Below, piece by piece: positions 20,362-29,670 of a DNA stretch of 64,000 bases (position 1 is the stretch's first letter; every line of letters begins with the position of its first letter). The notes under the pieces were generated by a model. It was not told where the DNA came from. It ran no database searches and worked only from the letters and a program-made list of their open reading frames with translations. The stretch is taken from assembly GCA_965204535.1 (NCBI GenBank), contig CBDBEV010000001.1:1536001-1600000 (forward strand), written 5' to 3'. The translations under genes and the position numbers were made by a program. The stretch is from a bacterium (GTDB lineage Bacteria > UBA8248).

Positions 20362-20559
20362 ATAAAGGCCCTGAACGCGAAAGACGTGCAGTACGGCTTC
20401 GGCTGGCTGCTCGACCTGGCCCGCGCCGAACCGGTGACGGTCGCCAAACATGGGCGGCCAGTTGTCGTGGTGATGGCGGTGGGAGAGTACGAGCGGCTGA
20501 AGGTTTTTGAGACAGGCCACGTCGATAGCCGTCCAAGCACGACCGGGAAGGCAGAATGA
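20362..20559 (+). pseudogene. Phd/YefM-type antitoxin with start codon apparently mutated (ATA)
   Basis: KALNAKD...FG.LLD.ARAEPV.V.KHGRPVVVVMAV.EYERL; GGGAG RBS precedes ATA at 20362. Confidence 0.65.
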
Positions 20560-20699
20560 TGGATCAAGCCATCCACAACAAGATCGTCTCCTTCATCCGC
20601 GGCATCGAAACCAACCTCGTCTCGCGATCCTATGTTACACCGGACAGTCGAACGCTTTCAGCAGACACCAAAAAAAGTGAGTCCCCGCGATGGCGGTAA
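20556..20699 (+). pseudogene. 5' remnant of a type I hsdM gene
   Basis: MDQAIHNKIVSFIRGI resembles the HsdM N-terminal HNKIVSFIWGIA motif, then diverges and stops. Confidence 0.55.
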
Positions 20700-23600
20700 T
20701 CACACCCGAACGTGATCTTGAAGAGTCCCTTGTCACGAAGCTACGAGACCTCAAGTACGAATATTGCCCGGACATCCACGATCGAGCAACGCTTGAAGCA
20801 AACTTCAGGGATAAGTTCGAAGCCCTGAATCGTGTCACACTCACCGACAGCGAGTTCCAGCGACTACTTGATGAGATCGTCACACCCGACGTGTACGAAG
20901 CCGCACGCTCCCTCAGGAACCGGGAAACGTTCATCCGCGACGACGGCACGCCGCTCAACTACACCCTCGTAAACATCAAGGACTGGTGCAAGAACCACTT
21001 CGAGGTCGTCAATCAGCTCCGCATCAATACGGACAACAGCCATCACCGCTACGACGTCATACTCCTGATCAACGGCGTTCCCGTCGTACAGATCGAGCTG
21101 AAGACGCTTGGGATCAGCCCGCGGCGGGCGATGCAGCAAATTGTCGACTACAAGAACGACCCCGGGAACGGATACACCAGGACGCTTCTCTGCTTCATCC
21201 AGCTCTTCATCGTCAGCAACCGCACGGATACGCAGTATTTCGCCAACAACAACGCGCGGCACTTCGCTTTCGACGCTGACGAGCGGTTCCTTCCGATCTA
21301 CCGGTTCGCGGACGAGGACAACAAGAAGATTGCCCACCTGAACGACTTCGCCGACCGGTTCCTCGCCAAGTGCACGCTTGCTCACATGATCAGCAAGTAC
21401 ATGGTCCTCATCGAGAGCGAGCAGAAGCTCCTGATGATGCGCCCGTACCAAATCTACGCCGTCAAGGCCATCGTCGACTGCATCGATGAGAACCGCGGCA
21501 ACGGCTATATCTGGCACACGACGGGCTCGGGCAAGACGCTCACCTCCTTCAAGGCCTCGACGCTACTCAAGAGCAACGAGAGCATCCACAAATGCCTGTT
21601 CGTCGTCGACCGCAAGGACCTCGATCGCCAGACCCGCGAGGAGTTCAACCGGTTCCAGGAGAACTGCGTCGAGGAAAACACCAACACCGCCGCGCTCGTC
21701 CGCCGCCTCCAGTCCGACGACTACGCGGACAAAGTCATCGTTACGACCATCCAGAAGCTCGGGCTCGCCCTCGACGAGAACAGCAGGCAAAACAAGCAGA
21801 ACACCGCTCAGGGGCGGTCGACGTTCAAGGAGCGCCTCGATCACCTTCGCGACAAGCGGATGGTCTTCATCTTCGACGAGTGCCACCGCTCGCAGTTCGG
21901 TGAGAACCACCGGGCCATCAAGGAGTTCTTCCCGAACTCCCAGCTCTTCGGCTTCACCGGCACCCCGATCTTCGAGGACAACGCGACCGTCAGGCGGATC
22001 GAGGGAGACGCCGCCACCCTTGGAACCACCAGGGACCTCTTCCAGAAAAATCTCCACGCCTACACCATCACCCACGCGATCGAGGATGGGAACGTCCTCC
22101 GCTTCCACGTCGATTACTACCAGCCCAAGGACGGCCCGGCCCGCAAGCGCGGCCAGCCTCTCACCAAGCAGGCGATCGCCCAGGCTATCCTGGACAAGCA
22201 CGATGCCGCGACCGGCGACCGACGCTTCAACGCGTTGCTCGCTACCGCCTCGATCAACGACGCCATCGAGTACCATGACGTTTTCAGGACGCTCCAGGCC
22301 GAGCGTCAGGCCGCCGACCCCGAGTTCGTCCCTCTCAAGCTCGCCGCCGTTTTCTCGCCGCCCGCGGAAGGCAACAGGGACGTCCAGCAGATCCAGGAGG
22401 ACCTTCCCCAGGAGAAGGAGGACAACCAGCACGACCCCGAGGGCAAGAAGACCGCGCTCAAGGCCATCATCGCCGACTACAACCAGCAGTATGGCACCAA
22501 CCACGACATTAACGACTTCGACCTCTACTACCAGGACGTCCAGCAGCGTATCAAGGTTCAGCGGTTCCCCAGTCGCGACCTGCCCGGCAAGGGCCAGGAA
22601 AAGATTGACATCACCATCGTGGTCGACATGCTCCTCACCGGCTTCGATGCCGCGTTCCTCAACACGCTCTACGTCGACAAGAATCTCAGGCACCACGGGC
22701 TGATCCAGGCCTTTTCCCGCACCAACCGCGTTCTCAATGCGACCAAGCCCTACGGCAACATCCTCGATTTCCGCCAGCAACAGGACATGGTCGACGCCGC
22801 CATCGCTCTCTTCTCCGGTGCGCAGCCCGACCAGGCCCGCGAGATCTGGCTGGTCGACAAGGCGCCCACGGTCATCGACAACTTCAAGCAAGCAGTCGAC
22901 GACCTCGGTCGGTTCATGCAGTCGCAGGGCCTCGAAGCAAAGCCCGACCAGGTGAACAACCTGATGGGCGACGACGCCCGCGCCCAGTTCATCAATCGGT
23001 TCAAGGAGGTCCAGCGGCTCCAGACACAGCTCGACCAGTACACCGACCTCACCGACGCGCAGCACGAGCAGATCGAGCAGACCCTCCCCAAGGACGACCT
23101 CCGCGCCTTCCGCGGCGCCTACCTGGAAGCCGCGCAGCGTCTCAAAGAGCAGCAGGGCACGCCCGGAAAAGACGGCGAGCCGGCCATTCCCGAGATCGAT
23201 CAGCTCGACTTCGAGTTCGTCCTCTTCGCCTCCGCCCTCATTGACTACGACTACATCATGAAGCTGATCGTCAGGTACTCGGGGCAGGATCCCAAGAAGC
23301 TGACGATCAGCCGCGAGCAGCTCATCGGCCTGATCCAGTCCGACGCCAAGTTCCTCGACGAGCGGGAGGAGATCGCCGAATACGTCCGCTCGCTCACCGA
23401 GGGCGAAGGCCTCGACGAGGCCGCGATCCGCGCCGACTACGCGCAGTTCAAGGCCGCGAAGCAAGCCGAGCAGATCGCCGATCTTGCCCGGACCCACGGG
23501 CTGATGACCGAGTCGCTCGCGACTTTCGTCGATAACATCCTGAAGCGCATGATCTTCGACGGCGAGGAGCTTACTGACCTGATGGAGCCGCTCAACCTCG

Positions 23601-23725
23601 GCTGGCGCGAGCGCCGCGAGCGGGAGCTCGCCCTCATGGCCGATCTAGTCCCGCTCCTGAACAAGCGGGCGGACGGCCGGGACATCTCGGGCCTCAACGC
23701 CTACGAGGACGGGGGCGCGGGATGA
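20690..23725 (+). CDS. hsdR: Type I restriction endonuclease subunit R
   Basis: RYDV.LLINGVP.VQIELK, WHTTGSGKT, VDRKDLD, DECHRSQFG, FTGTP, MLLTGFDA, QAFSRTNR. Confidence 0.96.
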   Translation: MAVITPERDLEESLVTKLRDLKYEYCPDIHDRATLEANFRDKFEALNRVTLTDSEFQRLLDEIVTPDVYEAARSLRNRETFIRDDGTPLNYTLVNIKDWCKNHFEVVNQLRINTDNSHHRYDVILLINGVPVVQIELKTLGISPRRAMQQIVDYKNDPGNGYTRTLLCFIQLFIVSNRTDTQYFANNNARHFAFDADERFLPIYRFADEDNKKIAHLNDFADRFLAKCTLAHMISKYMVLIESEQKLLMMRPYQIYAVKAIVDCIDENRGNGYIWHTTGSGKTLTSFKASTLLKSNESIHKCLFVVDRKDLDRQTREEFNRFQENCVEENTNTAALVRRLQSDDYADKVIVTTIQKLGLALDENSRQNKQNTAQGRSTFKERLDHLRDKRMVFIFDECHRSQFGENHRAIKEFFPNSQLFGFTGTPIFEDNATVRRIEGDAATLGTTRDLFQKNLHAYTITHAIEDGNVLRFHVDYYQPKDGPARKRGQPLTKQAIAQAILDKHDAATGDRRFNALLATASINDAIEYHDVFRTLQAERQAADPEFVPLKLAAVFSPPAEGNRDVQQIQEDLPQEKEDNQHDPEGKKTALKAIIADYNQQYGTNHDINDFDLYYQDVQQRIKVQRFPSRDLPGKGQEKIDITIVVDMLLTGFDAAFLNTLYVDKNLRHHGLIQAFSRTNRVLNATKPYGNILDFRQQQDMVDAAIALFSGAQPDQAREIWLVDKAPTVIDNFKQAVDDLGRFMQSQGLEAKPDQVNNLMGDDARAQFINRFKEVQRLQTQLDQYTDLTDAQHEQIEQTLPKDDLRAFRGAYLEAAQRLKEQQGTPGKDGEPAIPEIDQLDFEFVLFASALIDYDYIMKLIVRYSGQDPKKLTISREQLIGLIQSDAKFLDEREEIAEYVRSLTEGEGLDEAAIRADYAQFKAAKQAEQIADLARTHGLMTESLATFVDNILKRMIFDGEELTDLMEPLNLGWRERRERELALMADLVPLLNKRADGRDISGLNAYEDGGAG

Positions 23726-25065
23726 TGGCCGATAAGCCTTCACCCTTGGTGCCGAAGCTGCGGTTTCCGGAGTTTCGAGACGCCCCTGATTGGGAAGAAA
23801 TGTCGCTTGGCACATTACTGATTCGTGCACCTGATTACGGCGTGAATGCTGCAGCAGTGCCATTTTCCGAGACCCTGCCAGCATACATCCGGATCACGGA
23901 CATCAACAGCGACGGTCAGTTTGCGCCGTGTCCTCGGGTTTCAGTGGATATCGGCGCTGACGAAGAGAAATATCTTAGGGATGGCGACATTGTGCTTGCA
24001 CGGACTGGGGCAAGTGTTGGCAAGTCATATCGTTATCGCAAGGAGGACGGCCGCTTGGTTTACGCCGGATTTCTGATTCGGGTGAGGCCAAATCCACAAC
24101 GATTATTGTCGCAGTTTCTAGCCGCGTACCTGTCGGCCTGGAGTTATTGGGACTGGGTTCGTCTCACATCAGCACGAAGTGGACAACCCGGAATTAATGG
24201 TGCCGAGTATGCCTCAATGCCGCTACCTTTACCTCCAAATGGACGAGCTCTGGCCGAGCAGCGGAAGATCGCTGACTGTCTCGGCTCGCTGGACGACCTG
24301 ATCGCTGCGGAGGACCGCAAGCTCGACGCCCTACGGCAGTACAAAGAAGGGCTGATGCAGCAGCTTTTTCCCCAGCCCGGCGAGATCCAGCCAATCCTCC
24401 GCTTCCCTGAATTTCGAGACGACCCAACTTGGTCGGCTCCGCAATTCTCTGACCTGTATCGCTTCAAGCAAACTAACACACTGTCGAGGGACAATCTCAA
24501 CTACGAAACCGGAACGATCAAGAATATTCACTACGGCGATATTCACACCAAGTTCAAGGCTCTTTTCCGAGTGGGTGACGAGTATGTGCCGTTTGTCAAT
24601 CCAGATGCCTCAGCTAACAGATTTAATGACAGCACATTCTGTGAAGAAGGGGACATTGTACTTGCCGACGCGTCTGAAGATCTCGACGACGTCGGAAAAG
24701 CAATCGAAGTTTTTTCGCTAGACGGAGAACGAGTCGTCGCTGGCACGCACACTATTCTCGCAACCCGCCGAGGGAAGATTCCTGTCATTGGCTTCGGCGG
24801 ACAACTATTTCAATCCGCTGCTGTTCGTGCTGGGATAAAGAAAGAAGCTCAGGGCACGAAAGTCTACGGTATATCGGCGAAGCGCATTTCGACTGTTTCG
24901 GTCCCAATCCCGCCAACGGTGGCCGAGCAGCAAAAGATCGCCAAGTGTTTCTCCGCACTCGACACCTGGCTCGGCGCGCAATTGGCCAAGCTTGATGGCC
25001 TCCGAACTCACAAGCAAGGCTTGTTGCAGCAACTCATGCCTTCACTGACTGGTAATGAACAATGA
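23722..25065 (+). CDS. hsdS: Type I R-M specificity subunit S
   Basis: Two TRDs, each preceded by P.LRFPEF..W and followed by EQ.KIA...LD and K.GL.QQL. Confidence 0.95.
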   Translation: MMADKPSPLVPKLRFPEFRDAPDWEEMSLGTLLIRAPDYGVNAAAVPFSETLPAYIRITDINSDGQFAPCPRVSVDIGADEEKYLRDGDIVLARTGASVGKSYRYRKEDGRLVYAGFLIRVRPNPQRLLSQFLAAYLSAWSYWDWVRLTSARSGQPGINGAEYASMPLPLPPNGRALAEQRKIADCLGSLDDLIAAEDRKLDALRQYKEGLMQQLFPQPGEIQPILRFPEFRDDPTWSAPQFSDLYRFKQTNTLSRDNLNYETGTIKNIHYGDIHTKFKALFRVGDEYVPFVNPDASANRFNDSTFCEEGDIVLADASEDLDDVGKAIEVFSLDGERVVAGTHTILATRRGKIPVIGFGGQLFQSAAVRAGIKKEAQGTKVYGISAKRISTVSVPIPPTVAEQQKIAKCFSALDTWLGAQLAKLDGLRTHKQGLLQQLMPSLTGNEQ

Positions 25066-26213
25066 ATAGTACGCCGAAGATCCGTCAGTACAAGAATTTG
25101 ACGACTCTCGCGCGAAAGCTGCGTAATGATGTGAATGACTTCGACTGTGTCTTGCTCTACGCCTACAACAGGACGGGAAAAACGCGTCTGTCGATGGAAT
25201 TCAAGGATCAAGGGAAGCGAAAAGGCAAAGGGGCGCCGGACACTCTCTACTTCAATGCTTTTACCGAGGATCTCTTTGTCTGGTACAACGACTTCGATGG
25301 CGATACGGATCGACACCTGAGGATCAATGAGAGCTCTTCGTTCTTCAATGGACTCACTGAACTTGCACTTGACGAGGCCATCGCGAGCTACTTGTCACGC
25401 TACGCCGATTTCGATTTTGACATCGATTACGAAAAGTGGGTAGTCACCTTCCGCAAGGGCGATAATGAACGTATCAAAATTTCCCGGGGCGAGGAAAATA
25501 TTTTCATCTGGTGCATGTTCATGGCGATCTGCGAGCGGGTCATTGATGGACACCCGTCGTATCGCTGGGTCAAGTACCTATACATTGACGATCCAGTCTC
25601 GTCGCTGGATGACGACAATGCCATTGCTATTGCCTGTGATCTATCGGCACTTCTTCGCAATGCCGCGATTCGCCGAGACGTTAACGGAGAGCGCAACCCG
25701 GTTAAAACACTTCTCTCCTCTCACCACGCGTTGTTCTTCAACGTGATGTGCAACGAACTTGGAAGGACAAGGGAAGGCCAACAGAAAATAAAGATCAAGA
25801 GGTATTTTTTGCATCGACCGGATTCCGAGGGTAAGTTCATGCTACGTGCGACCGAAGATACCCCCTACTTTCACCACGTAGCGACTCTCGCCGAGCTTTG
25901 CAGGCGAGCACAGGCCGGAACACTTCATACATACCATTTCAATGCCCTACGCAGCATCTTGGAGAAGACGGCCAGTTTTCTCGGCCACGATGACCTCCGA
26001 GTCTGCCTATCCGGACTGGAGGACGAAGCCCTCTACAACCGCGCACTAAACCTGCTGAGCCATGGCAAGTACGCGATCAACGAACCGGTTGAGATGGTGG
26101 ACGACAACAAAGAGCTGTTCCGCAGAATACTCAACGATGTTCTTGGCAGATTTCAGTTTGCACTTCCCGAGCTTGTTCCTGAAGCCGCCATACAGAGTGA
26201 CACTCATGACTGA
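25062..26213 (+). CDS. prrC: PrrC-like anticodon nuclease (ABC ATPase plus HEPN)
   Basis: YAYNRTGKTRLS, FNAFTEDLF, KISRGEE, YIDDPVSSLDD, LRSILEKTASF, RALNLLSH; embedded in the hsd operon. Confidence 0.8.
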   Translation: MNSTPKIRQYKNLTTLARKLRNDVNDFDCVLLYAYNRTGKTRLSMEFKDQGKRKGKGAPDTLYFNAFTEDLFVWYNDFDGDTDRHLRINESSSFFNGLTELALDEAIASYLSRYADFDFDIDYEKWVVTFRKGDNERIKISRGEENIFIWCMFMAICERVIDGHPSYRWVKYLYIDDPVSSLDDDNAIAIACDLSALLRNAAIRRDVNGERNPVKTLLSSHHALFFNVMCNELGRTREGQQKIKIKRYFLHRPDSEGKFMLRATEDTPYFHHVATLAELCRRAQAGTLHTYHFNALRSILEKTASFLGHDDLRVCLSGLEDEALYNRALNLLSHGKYAINEPVEMVDDNKELFRRILNDVLGRFQFALPELVPEAAIQSDTHD

Positions 26214-27834
26214 ACAAGAGCAGCAGCAACTCGGCAAGACGCTCTGGGACATCGCCGATCAGCTCCGCGGGGCGATGAACGCGGACGATTTCCGCGACTA
26301 TATGCTCGCGTTCCTGTTTCTCCGCTACCTCTCGGACAACTACGAGCAGGCCGCGAGCAAGGAACTCGGGCGCGACTATCCCGACCCCAATGCCATCGGC
26401 AACGGCGGGCAATCCTCCCTGTCTGTCTGGTACAATGAGAACCCCGGCGATGTGCCGGCGTTCGAGAAGCAGATGCGGGTCAAGGCGCACTATGTCATCC
26501 GCCCCGAGCACCTTTGGGCCAGCATCGCCCACATGGCCCGGACCCAGGACGGCGACCTGCTCAAGACCCTCCAGGACGGCTTCAAGTACATCGAGAACGA
26601 CTCGTTCCAGAGCACGTTCTCCGGGCTTTTCTCGGAGATCAATCTGGGCTCCGACAAGCTCGGTAAGACCTATCCGGACCGGAACGCGAAGCTCTGCACG
26701 ATCATCACCAAGATCGCCGAAGGCCTCGCGGAGTTCTCCACGGACAGCGACACCCTCGGCGACGCCTACGAGTACCTGATTGGGCAGTTTGCCGCAGGAT
26801 CGGGCAAGAAGGCCGGCGAGTTCTACACGCCGCAGCGGATATCGGACATCCTCTCCGCGATCGTCACGCTCGACGGCCAGGAGCCGAAGACCGGCAGGCG
26901 GACGCACCTCGCCAGCGTGATGGACTTCGCCTGCGGCTCGGGCTCGCTGCTGCTGAACGTCCGCAAGCGCATGGGGCCGCACGGCATCGGCAAGATCCAT
27001 GGGCAGGAGAAGAACATCACCACCTACAACCTCGCACGGATGAACATGCTGCTGCACGGGGTGAAGGACTCGGAGTTCGAGATCTACCACGGCGACACGC
27101 TGACCAACGACTGGGACATGCTCCGCGAGACGAACCCGGCGAAGAAGCCCCATTTTGACGCTGTGGTCGCCAACCCGCCCTTCAGCTACCGCTGGAGCCC
27201 CAACGAGGCGTTGGGCGAGGACGTGCGCTTCAAGAACTACGGGCTGGCCCCGAAGTCGGCGGCGGACTTCGCGTTCCTGCTGCACGGGTTTCACTACCTC
27301 AAAGAAGACGGCGTGATGGCCATCATCCTGCCGCACGGCGTGCTGTTCCGCGGCGGAGCGGAGGCAAGGATGCGCAAGAAGCTGCTTGACGACGGGCACA
27401 TCGATACCGTCATCGGCCTGCCAGCGAACCTGTTCTACTCGACCGGCATCCCGGTCTGCATCCTCGTCCTGAAGAAGTGCAAGAAGCCCGACGATGTCCT
27501 GTTCATCAACGCGTCCGAGCATTTCGAAAAGGGTAAGCGGCAGAACTTCCTGTCGGACGGGCATATCAGGAAGATCGTCAACGCCTACCAGCAGCGCCCG
27601 GAGAGCATTGAGCGATACGCCAGACGCGTGGAGATGGAAGAGATCGAGGCTAACGACTTCAACCTGAACATCTCCCGCTACGTCAGCACGGCCGAGCCGG
27701 AAGCTGAGATCGATCTGACGGCCACACGCACGGAATTGGTCGAGATCGAGAAGCAGATTCGAGAATCAACGGCGAAGCACAACGCGTTTCTAAAGGAACT
27801 TGGACTATCCCCATTGCCAACGCCCGATAAGTGA
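26206..27834 (+). CDS. hsdM: Type I R-M methyltransferase subunit M
   Basis: LW.IAD.LRG, GEFYTP, DFACGSGSLL, NPPF, PHGVLFRG; ATG 26206 overlaps the prrC end. Confidence 0.96.
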   Translation: MTEQEQQQLGKTLWDIADQLRGAMNADDFRDYMLAFLFLRYLSDNYEQAASKELGRDYPDPNAIGNGGQSSLSVWYNENPGDVPAFEKQMRVKAHYVIRPEHLWASIAHMARTQDGDLLKTLQDGFKYIENDSFQSTFSGLFSEINLGSDKLGKTYPDRNAKLCTIITKIAEGLAEFSTDSDTLGDAYEYLIGQFAAGSGKKAGEFYTPQRISDILSAIVTLDGQEPKTGRRTHLASVMDFACGSGSLLLNVRKRMGPHGIGKIHGQEKNITTYNLARMNMLLHGVKDSEFEIYHGDTLTNDWDMLRETNPAKKPHFDAVVANPPFSYRWSPNEALGEDVRFKNYGLAPKSAADFAFLLHGFHYLKEDGVMAIILPHGVLFRGGAEARMRKKLLDDGHIDTVIGLPANLFYSTGIPVCILVLKKCKKPDDVLFINASEHFEKGKRQNFLSDGHIRKIVNAYQQRPESIERYARRVEMEEIEANDFNLNISRYVSTAEPEAEIDLTATRTELVEIEKQIRESTAKHNAFLKELGLSPLPTPDK

Positions 27835-27959
27835 TCGAAGCGATTCCTCCGCCTATGGCTGACGCCACATGCACGCGGCGCTGAGAGATCGCAGCTGGAT
27901 CATGAAGCACATGAAGATCAAACGCCTGATGCACGACCCAGCCATGCATCTCCCGCGCC

Positions 27960-28130
27960 AGCGCCGCCTTGCTCCAGCATGTCGAGACGCTCCAGACAGC
28001 GGGTCAGAAGCCGTTCGTTCAGGGCATACAGCTCATGCACTTTCGGGATCGGCACGAGGAACTTGCGCCGATCTGTCTTCACCAACGCCTCAACCTTGCC
28101 CTTGTCATTCCCCTTGCCGGGCCGACCGAA
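27960..28130 (-). pseudogene. IS21-family transposase (IstA) fragment
   Basis: Minus strand translates FGRPGKGNDKGKVEALVK..RRKFLVPIP.....ALN. Confidence 0.7.
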
Positions 28131-28199
28131 GACGGTGACATCGTATCCCCCGTCGATCAGTTCCGCGACTCAGTACCGCATAATGGTCTTTCCTGTGCC

Positions 28200-28319
28200 C
28201 GTGCCCACCCAGGCGTTCGTTTTTTTGTGCGCCAGATTGTCCTTGGCGTAGTAGCCGTTCCGTTCGTAATAGCTCGCGCCCTGTGAAGGCGAAGCGACCT
28301 TGCCGACCGAGTCTACCAT
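28200..28319 (-). pseudogene. N-terminal fragment of a MOBF (TrwC/TraI-like) relaxase
   Basis: MVDSVGKVASPSQGASYYERNGYY...AWVG.G, the catalytic YY-x4-YY motif, truncated after about 40 aa. Confidence 0.75.
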
Positions 28320-28510
28320 CGCAACCAATCTCGATCGGTGGCTCGTCCATTGACGGTCCAGTTCTATGATATGAATATAAAAACCATAAGAAATGCGTAA
28401 GCGAACATCGAAGTGCGTAGCGCTCATCGCTTTGCAAACAACCGCTGGATGGCGGAACGACCAAATAGAATGTTAGACCGAAGCAGGTCGAGATCCATGC
28501 CAAGGAGATA

Positions 28511-29431
28511 ATGATGCAACAAAAGTTCAAAGTGGCAAAACTGCTAGAGAAAATGGGGAGTCAGGTTACAATCCAGTTCGAAGAGGCCGGTCTCGGGACG
28601 ACAGGTACGATTGTAGGAGATGCGCGGGAGAACGCAATAAGACACAAGCTTCAGGAAGTTCTGTCTGGAAACAACAGAGTAACGAATGGAGTAATAATAG
28701 ACAGTTATGAAAATATAAGCCAGCAAACTGACATCGTCATACACGAGGCGGATATATGTCCCATATTCAAGATCGGTGGGTCGGAAGGTGAGGAATACAT
28801 ACCGTGTGAGGGTGTGTGGGCGGCTGGCGAAGTGAAATCGAGATTGAGAAGAGAAGACATAAAAAGCATATGCGAACACTCAATGTCCGTGAAACGATTA
28901 AGACGATATGCCCGCAGGAGGGCAAATATTCTGACCGAGGAGGAGACAGTAAGCTTCAGAAGCTATGGAGTAGGGATGGCAATGGCGGGGGCAAAAGAAG
29001 AAGAATATGATCAGGAAAAAAAGGAATCGGACCGAATATTCACATTCGGAGTAGTCGGAACATGGGAAATCAGTAGCACGCAGAGTGCAGAGGAAGTTAA
29101 AAGCTTCATAAAACAGAACGGAGTCGAGATGGCCCCAAACATTATTATAGGTATTCGAAAAGGTATGTTGTTACCAGCAAGAAGGAACGAGGAAGATGGA
29201 TGGTCTCCAAAATTGGATTGGAGCAATGCAGAAGGAATTGCCGTAAGCCAAAACATTGGAGACCGGTGGAGAAAACTGGTGGGAATCTTGAATCTAGCGA
29301 GAACCACCAGAAGAACGGTAGAGGTAGAATCATTTAACCGGTATACAACCTTGTGGGGAGGGATTAAGCCATTCAGTTCAGGGATAGAAAATCAAGTGAT
29401 AGGAGACTTCACTTTTACAGAATTAGGATAG
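28511..29431 (+). CDS. DUF6602 / NucC-like PD-(D/E)XK nuclease
   Basis: GDARE...L, G.IIDS...S.Q.DIVI, IP.EGV.AAGEVKS; AAGGAG RBS; A-rich foreign composition. Confidence 0.75.
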   Translation: MMQQKFKVAKLLEKMGSQVTIQFEEAGLGTTGTIVGDARENAIRHKLQEVLSGNNRVTNGVIIDSYENISQQTDIVIHEADICPIFKIGGSEGEEYIPCEGVWAAGEVKSRLRREDIKSICEHSMSVKRLRRYARRRANILTEEETVSFRSYGVGMAMAGAKEEEYDQEKKESDRIFTFGVVGTWEISSTQSAEEVKSFIKQNGVEMAPNIIIGIRKGMLLPARRNEEDGWSPKLDWSNAEGIAVSQNIGDRWRKLVGILNLARTTRRTVEVESFNRYTTLWGGIKPFSSGIENQVIGDFTFTELG

Positions 29432-29670
29432 CCCATCAAGCGAGCAGAATCAGGGAGAGGAAGATGTCTATGATTATGTGGAGTAACTTCGTATAGTTCT
29501 TTAATATCAGTTAGTTGAAGCTGTCATACTCCCCATAACCATTAAAGCCCCGGCACTTCCCATGCCGCCCGGCGACAATGCTGGCCACAGTCGAAGCTGG
29601 AAGCCAGATGTCGACCCGAGTGGATTCGCAAGATTAGGATAGCCGATTGCTTCGCCGAGAGAGACCAGAA

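Noticed and set aside
26062-26205. N-terminal extension of HsdM
   Set aside because: Overlaps the prrC 3' end; the typical HsdM start is at 26206
820-27564. Long antisense ORFs (820-2493, 4226-5932, 5908-7401, 21563-23497, 26131-27564)
   Set aside because: Shadows of recognisable genes on the opposite strand in high-GC DNA
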